DNA of 64,000 nucleotides, from positions 1,178,001 through 1,242,000 of the forward strand of contig NW_025766814.1 of assembly GCF_003918875.1 (NCBI RefSeq), given 5' to 3'. The notes under the pieces were generated by a model. The model ran no database searches. It saw only the letters and a list, made by a program, of their open reading frames with translations, and was not told the DNA's origin. Source of the stretch: Haliotis rubra. Taxonomy: Eukaryota. Position numbers and translations under genes: made by a program. Shown piece after piece: positions 39,132-52,784 of this stretch (position 1 is its first letter; every line of letters begins with the position of its first letter).

Positions 39132-40030
39132 CTCTTACTGAAAAATATCGTTGTGCGTATATGGAAATCCACGTTAGCACAACATATCACACAGACATAA
39201 TAACTTCAATATATACGGCACAAAGATCTATAATATTTCTCACAGAAATAAATGCGATCTCTGCTTGGGAGTATAAGTGATCTGCCCATGGAAATCCACA
39301 ACATTCATACGGAAGAAATAACTCAAAGCAAAAACACATTTCATGGAATTGTCTCTCATTTCTATGAAGGATTATAACATGTGAAAAAGCCTTCAGTTTG
39401 AGCAGCAAAACAGACGCCATGGATTTGAATTAGATACTGTCCAAAGAGGCAAGCCGGATCACAGGATGTTCATGCATACATATTATTTAAAAAGACGTTA
39501 AAACACAAGATCTTGAATTCAACTATAATTAATCGGCCGTGGCTCACCATACTAGTATGGTGGAATAGGTTGTTCTTTAACTCTTTTGAGCGGTATATGC
39601 CATATGGACCTGAGTGAAAATCCTGGCTACACATTCGTACAGTGTGGTCTCATTTAATCAATGTGCAATACTAGATAAAAAAATGAAGATTTATTGCTTA
39701 ATCTACAAACGGAATACAACTCCATAACAATGGAATCGGATTCCTCTGAAGATGAAATTGAGAAAAAACGACGTGGAGAGCTCAGTGTTCCATACAAGAG
39801 CAGCCACGAGATCCAAGACTCTCACATCATTCCGACACATTTATGTAAAGAACAGCAAATCCATTTAATTCGAACAGAATTATGTTTCAAGTTCCGATGA
39901 AAATTGAGCCTTATTGTTAATTTGATGTCCAAATCCAATGTGCAGAGATGCCCCTTGCATCAACAAAAGTTCAAAGCTGAAGTGAAACATGAAGCATATA
40001 ATATATCGACAATAGCTAACCGTACCTCGT

Positions 40031-40183
40031 AGGTGAGGTAGTCCTGTGGTTAAAGCGTTCGTCCGTCACGCCAAATATTCGGGTTTGATTCCCAACGTGG
40101 ATACACTTAGTGAAGCCCATTTCTGGTGTCGTGATGTTGGTAGAATATAAACGTGGCGTAAAACCATTCCCATTCACTCACTC
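40031..40183 (+). mobile_element. SINE-A copy, degenerate
   Basis: GGTTAAAGCGTTCG...TGAAGCCCATTTCTGGTGTC...GGCGTAAAACC...CACTCACTC. Confidence 0.8.
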
Positions 40184-41474
40184 TAAAGTAGGAGTTGTAA
40201 CGGCCATAATGTTTCTTGGTTTGGTCTGGGTTGTGCAACATGAAGGCTGTAAATAATGGAGTCTGGACCAGATAATCCAGTGACCAACAGCATGAGCATC
40301 AATATACGCTATTGGGATACGGTTCCTTGGCACATTCAGGCTAATCTGAAAACTTCTGATTACTGGGATGAGTAGTCAATACACAATCTGTCAAAATAGA
40401 GGATGTGTTTCCATCTAACCGGTTTATATTGGATATAAGGTTTACTGTTTGATTAACAAGATATCCTAGACGCTCCCTCATCAACAGTGAACCTACTGGC
40501 AAATTAGACAAACTGTTACAACATTCATTATTCAGTTACGGCGTTTGAAAAGACTGGAGCCAAGTCTTGACTGGAGGTGGCTGCGTGTCTTTCTATCAGT
40601 GGAGGATTGGCTTGATATTGACACGGGCGAATTATCTCTTTCTGAAACGGGTATTCGTCTATAATTCGTATTGTATTCCTGCGGCTTCAACCATTGGTGT
40701 CTACATTGGTGTCTACATTGATGTGTACATTGGTGTCACAAGCTTTGCGCGTGAATTTCAAAGTACGTAATACGACTCTTGCTCAAAAAGTTTTTTAACA
40801 GGTTTACAACATTTTAGGTCTTAGTAAAGCTTCCAAAACGTTTTCCGAATAAAGAAAATTGCGTCCGTTGTAACCTCCTGTTTGGTCTTGAGCCATAATG
40901 AACGGACATTCACGTGTTTACTTGTGTGCACAATTGTTTTGCCTTTTCTTGCATTTATGAAGAGCTGAGAGAATGCTCACCTTCGTGTCTTCAGATGTTC
41001 ATACCTTAAAAAGTCTCTGTTAGTATTATGTGTTAACGAATGTACTTTGTCGCTTTATTAAAAATGTGAATATATGTATATACATAAAAAAAACATGGAC
41101 TGAGACAAATGTTGATTGCTCCTTGAAAACCGGGTTGTCGTTGTGATGTTTGTTCGAGTTTAACATATGTGTCATTTAAAAGTACCAGTTATAAACCGAA
41201 GCGTCTGGAAGTGACGGTGAACATACTGATCATTGTGGTTGCATATCCGGGATTCAAAACAACGATCACCGAGCCTGTTGACCAACATAATACATAATAC
41301 AAGCAAGGCCTGTGCTTTCCACAGATACGCAAAAGGAGCATCATTCGGCATGGAGGACAGACAGAACACGAATCTTGAATCTTTTTGTCTAAATCCATCG
41401 TCATGACTCTTGATTACAGACCGTGGGTGGGTGTTATACACTGTCAAACATAGCAGGAACAACATTCCATTGAG

Positions 41475-41722
41475 TGAGTAAGTGAGTGAGTGAGTGAGTT
41501 TAGTTTTAGTCCGCACTCAGCAACATTCCAGCTATATGGCGGCGGTCTGTAAATAATCGAGTCTGGGCCAGACAATCCAGTGATCAACAGCACGAGCATC
41601 GATCTGCGCAATTGGGAACCGATGACATGTCAGCGAGCCTGACCACCCGATCCCGTTCGTCGCCTCTTACGACATTCATGGGTTACTGAAGGCCAATATT
41701 CTAACCCGGACCTTCACGCGTC
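41475..41722 (-). mobile_element. SINE-B, full length
   Basis: TSD TTCCATTGAG at 41465-41474 and 41723-41732; (CTCA)n tail. Confidence 0.92.
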
Positions 41723-43164
41723 TTCCATTGAGACATGTAGTTTACCTTTATAACAATGTTTGCAAATTATGTAAGTCATCTTACATGTAGAAGTAAGTCG
41801 TAATTCGTGATCCATTATAATATGGTTGTTGTTGCCAAGGTGTCCAAATGAAGTCTTGGGTCACATGGATGTTGTGTGTGGGACACTGAACTCACCGTCT
41901 CAATTTCATCTTCATTTTCATGGACTGTATCATGATTTCGCGGTCCATGTATTTACGGGCTGTGGAGGCATGGCTTGATTGTGGAAGAATGTGGGATCGA
42001 ATAAACTCTCGTTGCAATGGTAACACCCAATATTTGCAAACTATATGTGTATACTCAAGAAACTAAGTAACACGACTAAATACAGTAAACTACAGGTACA
42101 CTCAAAGGGACCACTAATTATAATTCGTTTAACCATAGTTCGTCATACGCATTTCGACTGTAAAAGACAGCAAGATTTTGTATGCATGTGTATACCTCTA
42201 TGTCTGTTGTTTTTTAAGCGTGATTGGTGTATTATATACTCACAAAAACAAATGATCTGTTAACAAAAAACATCAACAAACATCCCCCCCCCTCCAAAAT
42301 AAATAAATAAATAAAATAACGTACATGTTATCATGATACGGAACAAACTCAAGCAAGAAAATTATTGTAATGTAGTCATGGAGAATTATTTAACAATTTA
42401 AAAAACGTTCAAAGCATATCGAAAAATGAAGTCAAACAGAACTTTTGGTTGAATCAAGAATGCGGCTTAGCGTGGTTGGCCGAGAAAGGCCGAAGATGGC
42501 CGAGGTCGGGCGAATATCAGCCATGCTGGAGGCAGAGGAGTTTAATAAATTTATACTGGAGTAGATTCTCGCCAGCGTCTAGACTGATTATTGAACGATG
42601 AAATTTCCAGTTTGTTTTTAGGGACGTGTCAACATTCTGTGCAAGAAAATTATATTACTTGGGAAAATAAATAGTTGTCCTCATCAGACCCATTTTCAAT
42701 ATTCGTGCGTTCACCCTGGTTGATTTTTTCTTGCGTGTTCTTGTTCTATCGATTGAACTGATGTATAAGAAAGATACGCACAGTTCATCACAAAAATGTA
42801 TTCTACGGTTTCAAAAATAGCTCTCCCATCGCATGCGGGAATTAGAAACCTTTCATTATTTTATTGGAGTAACCAGATTCCGTCGGAGTGCAGTCAAACA
42901 AGTTGTAGTGCAGACCAAATGCCATGGTGCATGCAAACATTTTACAGCACACACCCAAACACACATGATCGCGACGTCTTTTCATCTCCTTCTTATTTCC
43001 TACATGGTGAAAGTCAATAAGTCAAGGTACCGTATTTCCTCTGACGGGATATCTGAAACCTTGTTTTATTATAGAACGGCGTATACTACACAACAATTCA
43101 CAGGGATTTGAAAGTGTCCCTGTAGGAGGGTTTATGTCGTATTTCTAGTTCCTTTGGATGTTGC

Positions 43165-43255
43165 AGCCTGGTTCCCTGGGTCTGTTGCGCCTGCGCTAAC
43201 GATCCAACACTGACGGAGCGTTAGCGCAGGCGCAACAGACCCAGGGAACCAGGCT
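43165..43255. mobile_element. 91-bp GC-rich fold-back mini-element (MITE-like)
   Basis: Perfect ~37-bp inverted arms AGCCTGGTTCCCTGGGTCTGTTGCGCCTGCGCTAACG / CGTTAGCGCAGGCGCAACAGACCCAGGGAACCAGGCT. Confidence 0.8.
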
Positions 43256-43321
43256 GCTAATGTTGAAGTGTAGATATTTTTTGCTGTAAATATGAAAGTG
43301 TCAAGTTGAAATGAGCGTAAA

Positions 43322-43445
43322 GTGACTGAGTGTGGATTCACGCCGCTTTTAGCAATATTCAAGTAATATCACGATGGAGAGACTAGAAATGTGCTTACCA
43401 AATGAAGGGAACAAAACCGGTCCTTTGCCGTGACGCGCGAACGCT
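43322..43445 (-). mobile_element. SINE-A copy, degenerate
   Basis: ACGCCGCTTTTAGCAATATTC...CGTGACGCGCGAACGCT. Confidence 0.7.
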
Positions 43446-43572
43446 ACAGATGCTAAATACGCAAATACTACAGAAGTGCCAACACATGTCTGTACAGATT
43501 TGTACTTAAATGTATCTCGTGATGCATATCTCTCTTTGTAGTCACGCTTAATTCAACTGACAAAGTATGCAA

Positions 43573-43738
43573 ATGAGTGAGTGAGTATGGTTTTACGCAC
43601 ATTTTTAGCACAATTCCAACAATATCTTGGCGGGGACACCAGATATGGGTTTCACATATTCTACCCATGTGGGAAATCGAACCCGGGTCTTCGGTGTGAC
43701 GCGCGGACGCTTTAACCATCATACTGCTCCACCGCGCC
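43573..43738 (-). mobile_element. SINE-A copy
   Basis: TSD GTATGCAA at 43565-43572 and 43739-43746. Confidence 0.9.
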
Positions 43739-44599
43739 GTATGCAATATGACAACGTCCAAACGGTAATTCTCTACATACAGCGGAGTGCAGCCAGTTAG
43801 GTTTTGAATATATCAGAACTCAAATATCTGTCAAAATATCCACTCCGTCGCTGGTTTCAGTGTTCTGATCAAGTTTTGATAGGGATCGATATTCGTATTC
43901 TACCAGATGGGGACTTTCACTGAATCTGGAGATGTTACAATGACATGGAACTGGCATTTTGTAGCTTCATTAAAGGTTACGTTTAACATGGGAGCACACT
44001 TTCGTAAGTTGTTACAAAATCCACGTGAGCATTGCCACGACATGGTATGATGAAGTCCCCTAACACACGGTGGGTATGTATTTCCCAAGACGGTAGGTCT
44101 AGCCTAGTTGTTTCTGGCAATCACTCAAGTGGATCCAAGAGAGGCCGATTACCAAAATGCACGTAGAAGATGTGGAAGTATTCTGGTCATCTTTGACGAA
44201 ATTGACTTAAAGATTGTATAATGAAGCGTAGATTTTGATATTATATGTATTCTGCTGTCTTTCAGATTCTTGTTTTGTTATAATGTTTTTCTAATACTAG
44301 TATACCTTTCTTTGCCTTGTATTGAAAATTGCATTCTTCAGGTAATACCATTTATATGTTGTCGAAAGGGAAGATCGCTTTCTAGTTCCATTGTTTTCTT
44401 TTGCAAGGAAACGTTTACTAACACAGACATTCGACTTAGACAAAGCCTTTTATCGGCGTAGAGCCAAACAAACCAAATGAGTTTGTTTCTCTTTGGAGTG
44501 CATTTCAAATGTATTAATAAACTTGTAGCAATAATAAGGGCACTCCCACCTTTCAAATAGCTATTTACTAGAAATGAATGAAAACATTCTGATTGAAGC

Positions 44600-45300
44600 C
44601 TTTGGTTGTGGCTTTTACGGTATCTAATCATTCCGTGCCATTATTTCCGTAATCTCGGTAAAAATAACCATATACCATTCATGCGTTATTTTCATAACGG
44701 GGAAAAAGTAAACACAGGCAATCTCTCCTTTATGGCTGGATCCATATTGGTCATTATCAACAATCCTTGAGTTTTCTTTGTACAGTTTTAGCATCGTTGA
44801 TGATTACCATCATGGAACATTCATGCTTACTTTCATGACTTGTTTAGGATTTGTGGGTACATATAGGTTTGTCATAAAATGGTATACATGTTATGTAGGA
44901 CAATGCCATGAACTTTCCTTCACTACTCAGAGAGCCGCTACCTAAATCAAAAGGGATTACAATGAACTCACAAGACCTCCAATAGATTTCATTATAATCA
45001 CAGTGCTTCCAGAATAGTCGGAACCAGATAATGGCATTGCTGAATACCTGATTTCTGGCATTGGTATGAGGTGCTTGTTGATTCTTGGTCTAATGTCTTT
45101 GCAAAGTCCTTAAAGAAATATCGACCATGTGCCTCTCGAGAGATTTTGACCGTTAACTTTGAGAGGCAAGTTGTGATAAATACTAGTCCAGACAAATTAG
45201 CAATAAGATTGACAGAGTGTTTGGCTTGTAGCTCATAATGCTCTCTACTTCTGACGAAATCGCACAATTTGACACATGCGTCTATATGTAGTGGGTTTTT
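44600..45300 (-). mobile_element. Decayed CR1/L2-group LINE reverse-transcriptase relic
   Basis: YFFKDFAKTLDQ...SGI (resembles FLDFAKAFD..GI), followed by GSGSLS and INDAK at about the spacing expected for PQGSVL and FADD. Confidence 0.4.
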
Positions 45301-46683
45301 TAGATCTCCGGGGGAATATGAGGAGAAGAGAGGATGTTGAAAACGGTCATGTCACGGGAATCGGAAGCTAACCAGCGGTTGCCCCTGATCGTTCAATCGC
45401 CCATGTCATGCTTTAAACATAGCGTCTTTGATGTAGAACATTATGTTGGTCAACTCATTGCTTCAGTCAAACATGGACTGCCAATCTTATGTGATGTGTG
45501 GTAATTTTGGTGGCATCTGCGCAATCCTCCAAAGATGAGTACGGCGTGATTGAGGAACTAAAAGATGCCTGTAGTTTTAGAAATTAAAACCATCATGCAC
45601 ACATTTGTATTTGATTGATCTTACCGTTTGCGGAAGATTCAACTTGGATATGGCATCAACGAATTAAATCATTTTCATCCCGCGCAGAAGCAACTGTTCT
45701 TTTCTTTGAAATTCCCCGTGGGCTGAAAGAAACGGCATATTCATGGAAAGCCCACTTGGAGGGAAAGACAAGGGAGTTCGCGGCACTCACTGGTTTGATA
45801 ATTACAGTTCCAAATGACAATAAATGTTTTAAGTGTCCACGTAGGCTCTGACAGTGAAGACAATACAATTAGATGTAACATATCTATAAGATGTAACGTC
45901 GAACGCGCCTACAGTGTGCCAATTTAGAAGTCCCTGCTTTGTAACCGACTGTCGCGCTAACATGGGAATATCGACCAGGCCGCTAGACCCTTCAGATACT
46001 ATTACGTGTTCAACAATGCTTAATCCACGGCACAATCGGCACTCTATTGGATTAAGGAATGAAGGGAGTGCGAATGTGTGCTGAAGTAAATAACATTCTG
46101 GTGATTGTGTGATGCATCAATTCTTCACATATGAAACATTTTAGTTTCTTCAGGTGCAGCAACAACATGGGAAACAATAAAACGATGTTATTTGACCATC
46201 AATTTTGCTCCGAAAGGAACTGTGTTGTTGTACGCCCTTTTTACATTGACATGCATTTGGATGACGTCTCTCGTTCAAGGACGTTCTCAGACATTTATTA
46301 TTTGCACACTCTGCGTCCTCCACATAATAACAAGAAGTATTTTGCTTACTTGACAATCGAAGGGAAACAGCTGCGACAAGGCACTGCGTAACAAAGCACT
46401 ATATAACGTAAACAAAATAATGGAAAGCGTCACCAAGGTAACTGGAGCATCTTATCTAGCTGGTTACAATTATTCCAATCAAAGCATGTTTCTGGTCAGA
46501 GGCCGAACGGATCGTTTGGTCAGGTCCTGGAGATTGATGATTGCGCGTTATGATAGTAACCTGAAGAATTGCAAAACAAGTTGCCACAATATCAATCACA
46601 GGTTTGTCTGGTCGCGACGTGATTGTTTACAGACCGGTTTACATGCTCGGCTGGAATGTTTGGGAGTGTAGCTTTAAACAACA

Positions 46684-46893
46684 TGTGTTTGTTGTTTAAC
46701 GCCGCACACAACAATACACCGGTTATATGGAGCGGTTTCTAGTGATCAATAGTATGAGCATCGATATACGCAGTTGGGAACCGATGACATGTGTCAACCA
46801 AGTCAGCGAGCCTGACCACCCGATCCCGTTAGTCACCTCTCACGACAAGCATGAGTTGCTGAAGACCAATTCAAACCCAGATCTCCACGGGTC
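46684..46893 (-). mobile_element. SINE-B copy (internal deletion), tail-to-tail with an older + strand copy at ~46490-46683
   Basis: Minus strand begins GACCCGTGGAGA; family body is present. Confidence 0.85.
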
Positions 46894-47307
46894 GTTAAAC
46901 ACCAAATTCGTCAATACCGATCAATGCTAGTAACTGTAAGGACTTTATTCATTATGACACAGAAATACACTTCACAGTTTGTATCATTTTGTGGAAAGAT
47001 ATCCGTGACTATATCCAAAACTGTGTCACCCAAAAGGCTATTCTCGACAGTACACAATCTGTAATCATCTGGCTGATTATGCCTGTAAATGACAAAATTG
47101 AATTGTGAACGAGAATACCACAACCTACTTCTGACACATGAAACATACCTAATATAGTACATATTCGTCACACGTGTTAAGGTGATTCACATATACAAGG
47201 CTTTCAGCTGCCGTCATGCCAGTATCTCATTGACTATTCACTTAATGATCGTTGATTATAACAGTTTCTGGCATTTCAGTTGACGAAGAGTATGCTTTAT
47301 TGGTTTA

Positions 47308-47652
47308 GGGCGGTAGGGTAGTCTAGTGGTTAAAGCGTTCGTTCGTCATTTGGTATTATTGCCTCCAGTAGGGAGAGAACAAAGGCAGTTACATTACCTT
47401 GACCACAAGCGAACGTGGGCATTAAAATATTATACCTACTTGAGGAATAGAACTCATACATGGTCATACATGGGACCACAAAATTCTTCATATTTGCGGT
47501 GGGATAGCCTAGTGGTTAAAGCGTTCACCCGTCACGGCGAAGTTCCGGGTTCGATTCTCCACATGGGTATAATGTGTGAACCCCTTTTGTGTCCCCCGCC
47601 GTGATATTGCTTGAATATTGCTAAAAGCGGTGTAAAACTAAATTCACTCTCA
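47308..47652 (+). mobile_element. Composite: SINE-A head + ~145-bp segment paralogous to 57947-58092 + SINE-A
   Basis: Head at 47308-47349, shared segment at 47350-47494, SINE-A at 47495-47652. Confidence 0.85.
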
Positions 47653-47975
47653 TTATATGTGTTTATAAAACAGAGACATAAACATAAGCACTGCGTCTAA
47701 TTAAACAAGACCATTACTTTTCCAATTACAACCTGATACCATATTGATGAGAAATATGCAGTTTTTTGCTGTCTATAAGTTTCTTGTCTGTTTAGTAACG
47801 AGAACTAACAGCCATGTTGCCGTTGGTTGAGACAGTTGGCCATCCCTGATGAAGATAGGGACGGTTATATTACAGAATGTACGTCGCAATTACTCGTGTA
47901 TCCAGCAAACAGATCATTAAAATTCTGTAGAAGTACTGCCACGACCACGAGCACTATAGCTCACCTGTGTATATT

Positions 47976-48216
47976 GACCCGTGAAGGCCCGGGTTAGAAT
48001 GTGCCTTCAGTAACCCATGCTTGTCGTGAGAGGCGACTAAAGGGATTGAGTGGTCAGGCTCGCTGACTTGGTTGACACATGTCATCGGTTCCCAACTGTG
48101 CAGATCGATGCTCATGCTGTTGATCACTGGATTGCCTGGTCCAGACTCGATTATTTACACACCGCCGCCGTATAGCTGAAATACTGCTGGGTGCGGCGTA
48201 AAACTTAACTCACTCA
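47976..48216 (+). mobile_element. SINE-B, full length
   Basis: Starts GACCCGTGAAGG. 16-bp TSD CTCACCTGTGTATATT at 47960-47975 and 48217-48232. Confidence 0.93.
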
Positions 48217-50136
48217 CTCACCTGTGTATATTAATTCCGTCAGGGATTATGTATATTTACTGAAATTTTCAGGATATATACATGTTTACTGAAATCTACA
48301 CTGATTCATTATACATATTTACTGAAATCAAGATCTGGTCAAGAATGAAATTTCAACAAAGGTTTGTTTGCTTGTTCACTTTATTAATGTCTTGCTGGTA
48401 ACTAAAGGGACTGGTAGGTTACATTGAGCACATCCGTTTTAATTTTTACAGTCCAGCTGGATTGGCACCTGGAGTTACAGAGAACTTATACACCTGCTTG
48501 TTTGACACCTTTTACTACCAACACAGTTACATCTCACGAAACCTTGACCACCACAATTTGACTCACTTTGAACTGCAGCTCTGAGAGAAATGTCACTGTC
48601 AGTACACATGTCCCTGACGGAATCACTAATCATACATTATCACTGACAAAGTCTGTAAATATACATATATAGTGATTATACATACTTACTGACTAAAATA
48701 TAGTCAACACATTACACTGTAAACATGACGCGACTCGTTAAGAAAATTGTTAACACTAATAGGTAACGATGTGAACCAAATATGATGACATAAGGAGACA
48801 TATACGTGCAAAAGCACCATTTCTTCTCCCTGTCAGTTTCAGAGGGGACATTTACATAGCCAATATGCCTTTGGGAGAATTTAAGAGCATGGTCAAAAGT
48901 AAAAATGAAAAAGGGTTTCGTGGACTAAATTTCTAATCACACATTTGCCAATATCCTTTTACAAAAGAATTTGCTTAAGTTAGGGACGGTCATAAGAAGG
49001 TTCGGTTCAAAAGTTCAAAATTCAAATCCTGAACAAAAATTAAAGTATCATGACAGTCAAAAGATACGTGAAGAGTCTCCCCCAATAATTACACAAAACC
49101 CTTCTTGTATTCGTTTTGAGCATACATGGTTGAGAAATTGACACAGGATGTTTCAGTGGGCGACGGTCTTAGCAAACAATACTGAACAAAAGTGTATTTG
49201 ATGCATGCCTGTGGAGTACAGCTAAAGAATGCAGTTGTCTAAACAATGGTCATATAATTCTTTTTCAATATGGCCTCCGTGGCTGGGTGACCCAGCCGCT
49301 TAAGGTGCTGAAGGTCAGAGTGGACTCCCTTTGTCACTTAGAAACTTGATATCGCGTGTTCGAACCCCGTTTTTCCCCGATTATGTCTCAGTCGTGTTCA
49401 TGAGTTGCGTCAATCGAATAACGTTGAAGACCAGTTTTGTCGCTTTACTCCTACAAGAAGGTGGAGCATGATGTAACAGGAACACACTTGAAAACGGCGT
49501 TGATGAAGATGCTGGTGAAAACAATTCATTCTTGGGACGTGGCTATTTGACATCACCAAAGTAGTTGTCATTACTACCCTAAATATTAAACTGTTTCTAT
49601 CAATTAGAAGCATGTCACTGTACAAAGAAAATATCAAGGTTCCTTTACAAGAACACAATTAATGAATTATATGTGTTTAGAATTGAATGAATGTGAAAAT
49701 ACCAGTCTGCATTACGATGTGTGTCCTGTTGTGGAAATACCATATATTTTGCTTTATTCCCACCAGAAACACTGAGATATAGTTTTGATTGAACAATTCC
49801 AATTTGTTCAAAGTGACAATAGATGAAACAGACACTTGATTCCAAGATCTAGACTTATACAACAGAGTATCAGAAAGGTTTGTCATTGGGACAGACTTAT
49901 CCGTCTTAGCCCTCTCCATGATGTCAATGTACGACCAGCGGAAGATTATTTTAGAGTACAGTCATCAATCTGATCTTGTCAAATACAGAATGCCATAGTA
50001 AACGCGAAGTCCTTTGTGTTAAAACGGTTTAGAAATGTTTCGACATTGTGTGATTCGACAGTACTTCAATTTCCAGAGGGATCTTCTAGGGTATCCATTG
50101 GCATGAGAATGTCCAGCTTCCATTCAAGGAGTTGCC

Positions 50137-50354
50137 ACCCGTGAAGGTCCGGGTTAAAATTGATCTTCAGTAACCCATGCTTGTCCTAAGAGACGACTAA
50201 CGGGATCGGGTAGTCTGGCTCGCTGACTTGGTTGGCACATATCATCGTATCCCTACTGCGTATATCGAGGCTCATGCTGTTGATTATTGACATACCGCCG
50301 CCATATACCTGGAGTATTGCTGAGTGTGGCATAAAACTCAACTCACTCACTCAC
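50137..50354 (+). mobile_element. SINE-B copy (internal deletion)
   Basis: TSD TTCAA(G/T)GAGTTGCCA at 50123-50137 and 50355-50369. Confidence 0.9.
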
Positions 50355-51399
50355 TTCAATGAGTTGCCAAACAAATGACTTCTTCACTGAAACAGTGATA
50401 AAGTGCTCTTTAACCATAAATTCCAGTTCATAATGATCCTATGAGGCCATGCAAGTAATACGTTCTCGCTGGAAACACTGACGGCTAATTTCCCATTTTA
50501 ATTTTATAACTCGGAAAGATTTAGATGTGACTTCATCAAATATATGTTATTACAAAAAAATATAATATAACTTGTCATAAAGAATATTTCATCACCAGAT
50601 ATTGTAACAAATTGATACTTTATAAGATAAAGCGAAAACCTTTACTTTATTTGAGAAATGTTAATCATCACAAAAGAAAAAGTATCCCTTTTCAAGCGGA
50701 ATCTATGTTATCATCGTTCTTATATTCTTCTTTTAAAGCGTAATAAACAATATTTGCACATTGCACGCCAAATTGCTACGTCGGAAATTCCATTCCTTGA
50801 AACATGATGTGGAGGACGTTCCTTCCAGCAAGAACACTCAAAGGTCAGAGAACCACACGATTTGAATCACCTCGTAACTACTGAAAAGTTTTCTCTCTTG
50901 GTCGACATGAAAGGTCAACGGTAATTTACAGAGATACTGTTATGCCATCGGATTTTTTGCAGAGAATATTTCATTTGCATTGTATATGAACATCATTTGG
51001 TTTCTCAGAAACTAGGTCTTTGGCTGTAAATGCTGCATCGCCAGTAGTCCTGGTGTTTATTGATTCATTATCCCACGTACAACAGGAGTGTTTTATTTTG
51101 TCTTATTATCAAATTCCCGAAGGATTGAGATGGACCATTTTGCTTGATGCTTGTTCAAGTTGATTTATTTTCTTGCTTCTTTCAGTGAAGTCAACGAGAA
51201 GCTCTTTTCAATTTCCGCCTTGACTACAGGGTTGATAGAGGGCGCCCTCTGCCAAAACAACAATAGGTGCTTATTAAAGCAGGGGTCGGGAGAAAGACTG
51301 GCCTTTGTGAAACAAATGTAATTTTCGACTTGACTCAGATTTGTGTCAGGTCCCGATGTCTGATTTGCCGGCTGACTCTGAAATGTAACGTTCTGTGAC

Positions 51400-52100
51400 C
51401 CTAACTTTTTATTAACAGGGATCGATCGATTCCTGTGTAATTGGATGCTAATCCAAGATCATTTATCATATTTTTTCTCTCAGGGCGATACTAAGGGGTA
51501 TTTTCCGAAGGCACTAATTTTACTGTAATGGAAGGTTACATCGGAAGCCATAAAGCGACATCCTTTGTCTGTAAGGAACACTGTCTCTTTTGAGATTTAG
51601 AATCGTGATTTGAATGGTGTTTTGTGGTATAGAATAGATTATCATTTGTTGTTCTGACTTTTATCGATTTGAGCTTATGATGACTAAATAAAATTATTAG
51701 TGTTATATTCATGTTTAAAAACGGATTTAAGCAAAGAAACACAAAGACAACCAAGATACATTTGGTCTTACATTGGTCTTTTATCTTTGCAAAGATTAAC
51801 ATAATGGAAGAACATGAACACTGCAATATGATCCTTCCAGAGCTGGCAGCAGGAATTCCAGTTCCAATTCCATCGTACATAAGAAGAGTCATTATATCTA
51901 GAATCAAACTGAAATCAGTCATGGATGATCACAAAATTTGTTCGAAGCCCATAATCATTTTGTACAACCCTCAATTCTGATGCCAAATAACTACTTGATA
52001 ACGATCTAACGAGCCCGAACATCAGTTCAGTAAAACTTAGAACTGTCCCTTGTCATTCAAGCAATCAAATCATTTACTGAGCCCCAGCACAATGAACATT
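51400..52100 (-). mobile_element. Possible PIF/Harbinger transposase relic
   Basis: FSLILD...GIGTGIPAASSGRIIL and a later AFGK weakly resemble DDE_Tnp_4 motifs; judged by eye only. Confidence 0.22.
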
Positions 52101-52784
52101 AGAATTATTGACCCCAATATGCGTGGGAACGGCTAATACGAGATATGTAAATCTTGCTGTTATTGACCAGAATGAGCATCTTCTGTCAGAACGGGGTCAT
52201 GTAATGCTGATTTCAGTGCCAGAGTTCCCTTCATTCAGAGGAAAAATTACACCCTTCACATACTCAAATACATAGGCGCGCAGGATAGAGTCACAGGTCT
52301 AATTAAGCTGCCAGATTCTAAATGAAATAGCGATTTGCCTTCATGATCAACTGCCTATTTTCCTGACCACCAACTATATAGTTATCTAAGAACATCTCAA
52401 GAGTAATGATGTCTGTTATGGATGTCTCCTGTAGAAACGTGCAATGTATTATTCAATCTTTCTGAATTCATGCTGATTAATTGCAAGGGATCGGATTTCC
52501 TATGTACATTCAGAAAACACTGAATAATCAACTGCTTGTTCTTCTTTTCGTGCATAGCATGCCATGCTATTTATACCCAGTAACAAATGAGGGCAGTACA
52601 TTGTGGTGTTTCTGTTTATGGTGACATAGCAACGAGGGCGGTATGTTTATTGGTGTTGCATTGCAATCTCTTCTCTGTGTTATGCACATCCCTCTTAAAC
52701 TAATAATAGGGAAGGGTTAATCGCAAGTCACAAGTCGAATATGGTTGCTGGCATGGAATTCATATGAGGTTCGCCGATAAGGAT

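Noticed and set aside
39694-39900. Acidic ORF (MESDSSEDE...) as a piggyBac-like transposase N-terminus
   Set aside because: Too short, with no catalytic domain or matching TIR pair found.
47976-48075. SINE-B head as a canonical HDV-like or twister ribozyme
   Set aside because: Helix order and the L3/P1.1 or twister loop consensus could not be fitted by hand; kept only as an unclassified structure hypothesis.
48450-48590. Terminal coding exon after a TTTTTACAG acceptor
   Set aside because: Short open frames with no recognisable homology and no upstream exon identified.
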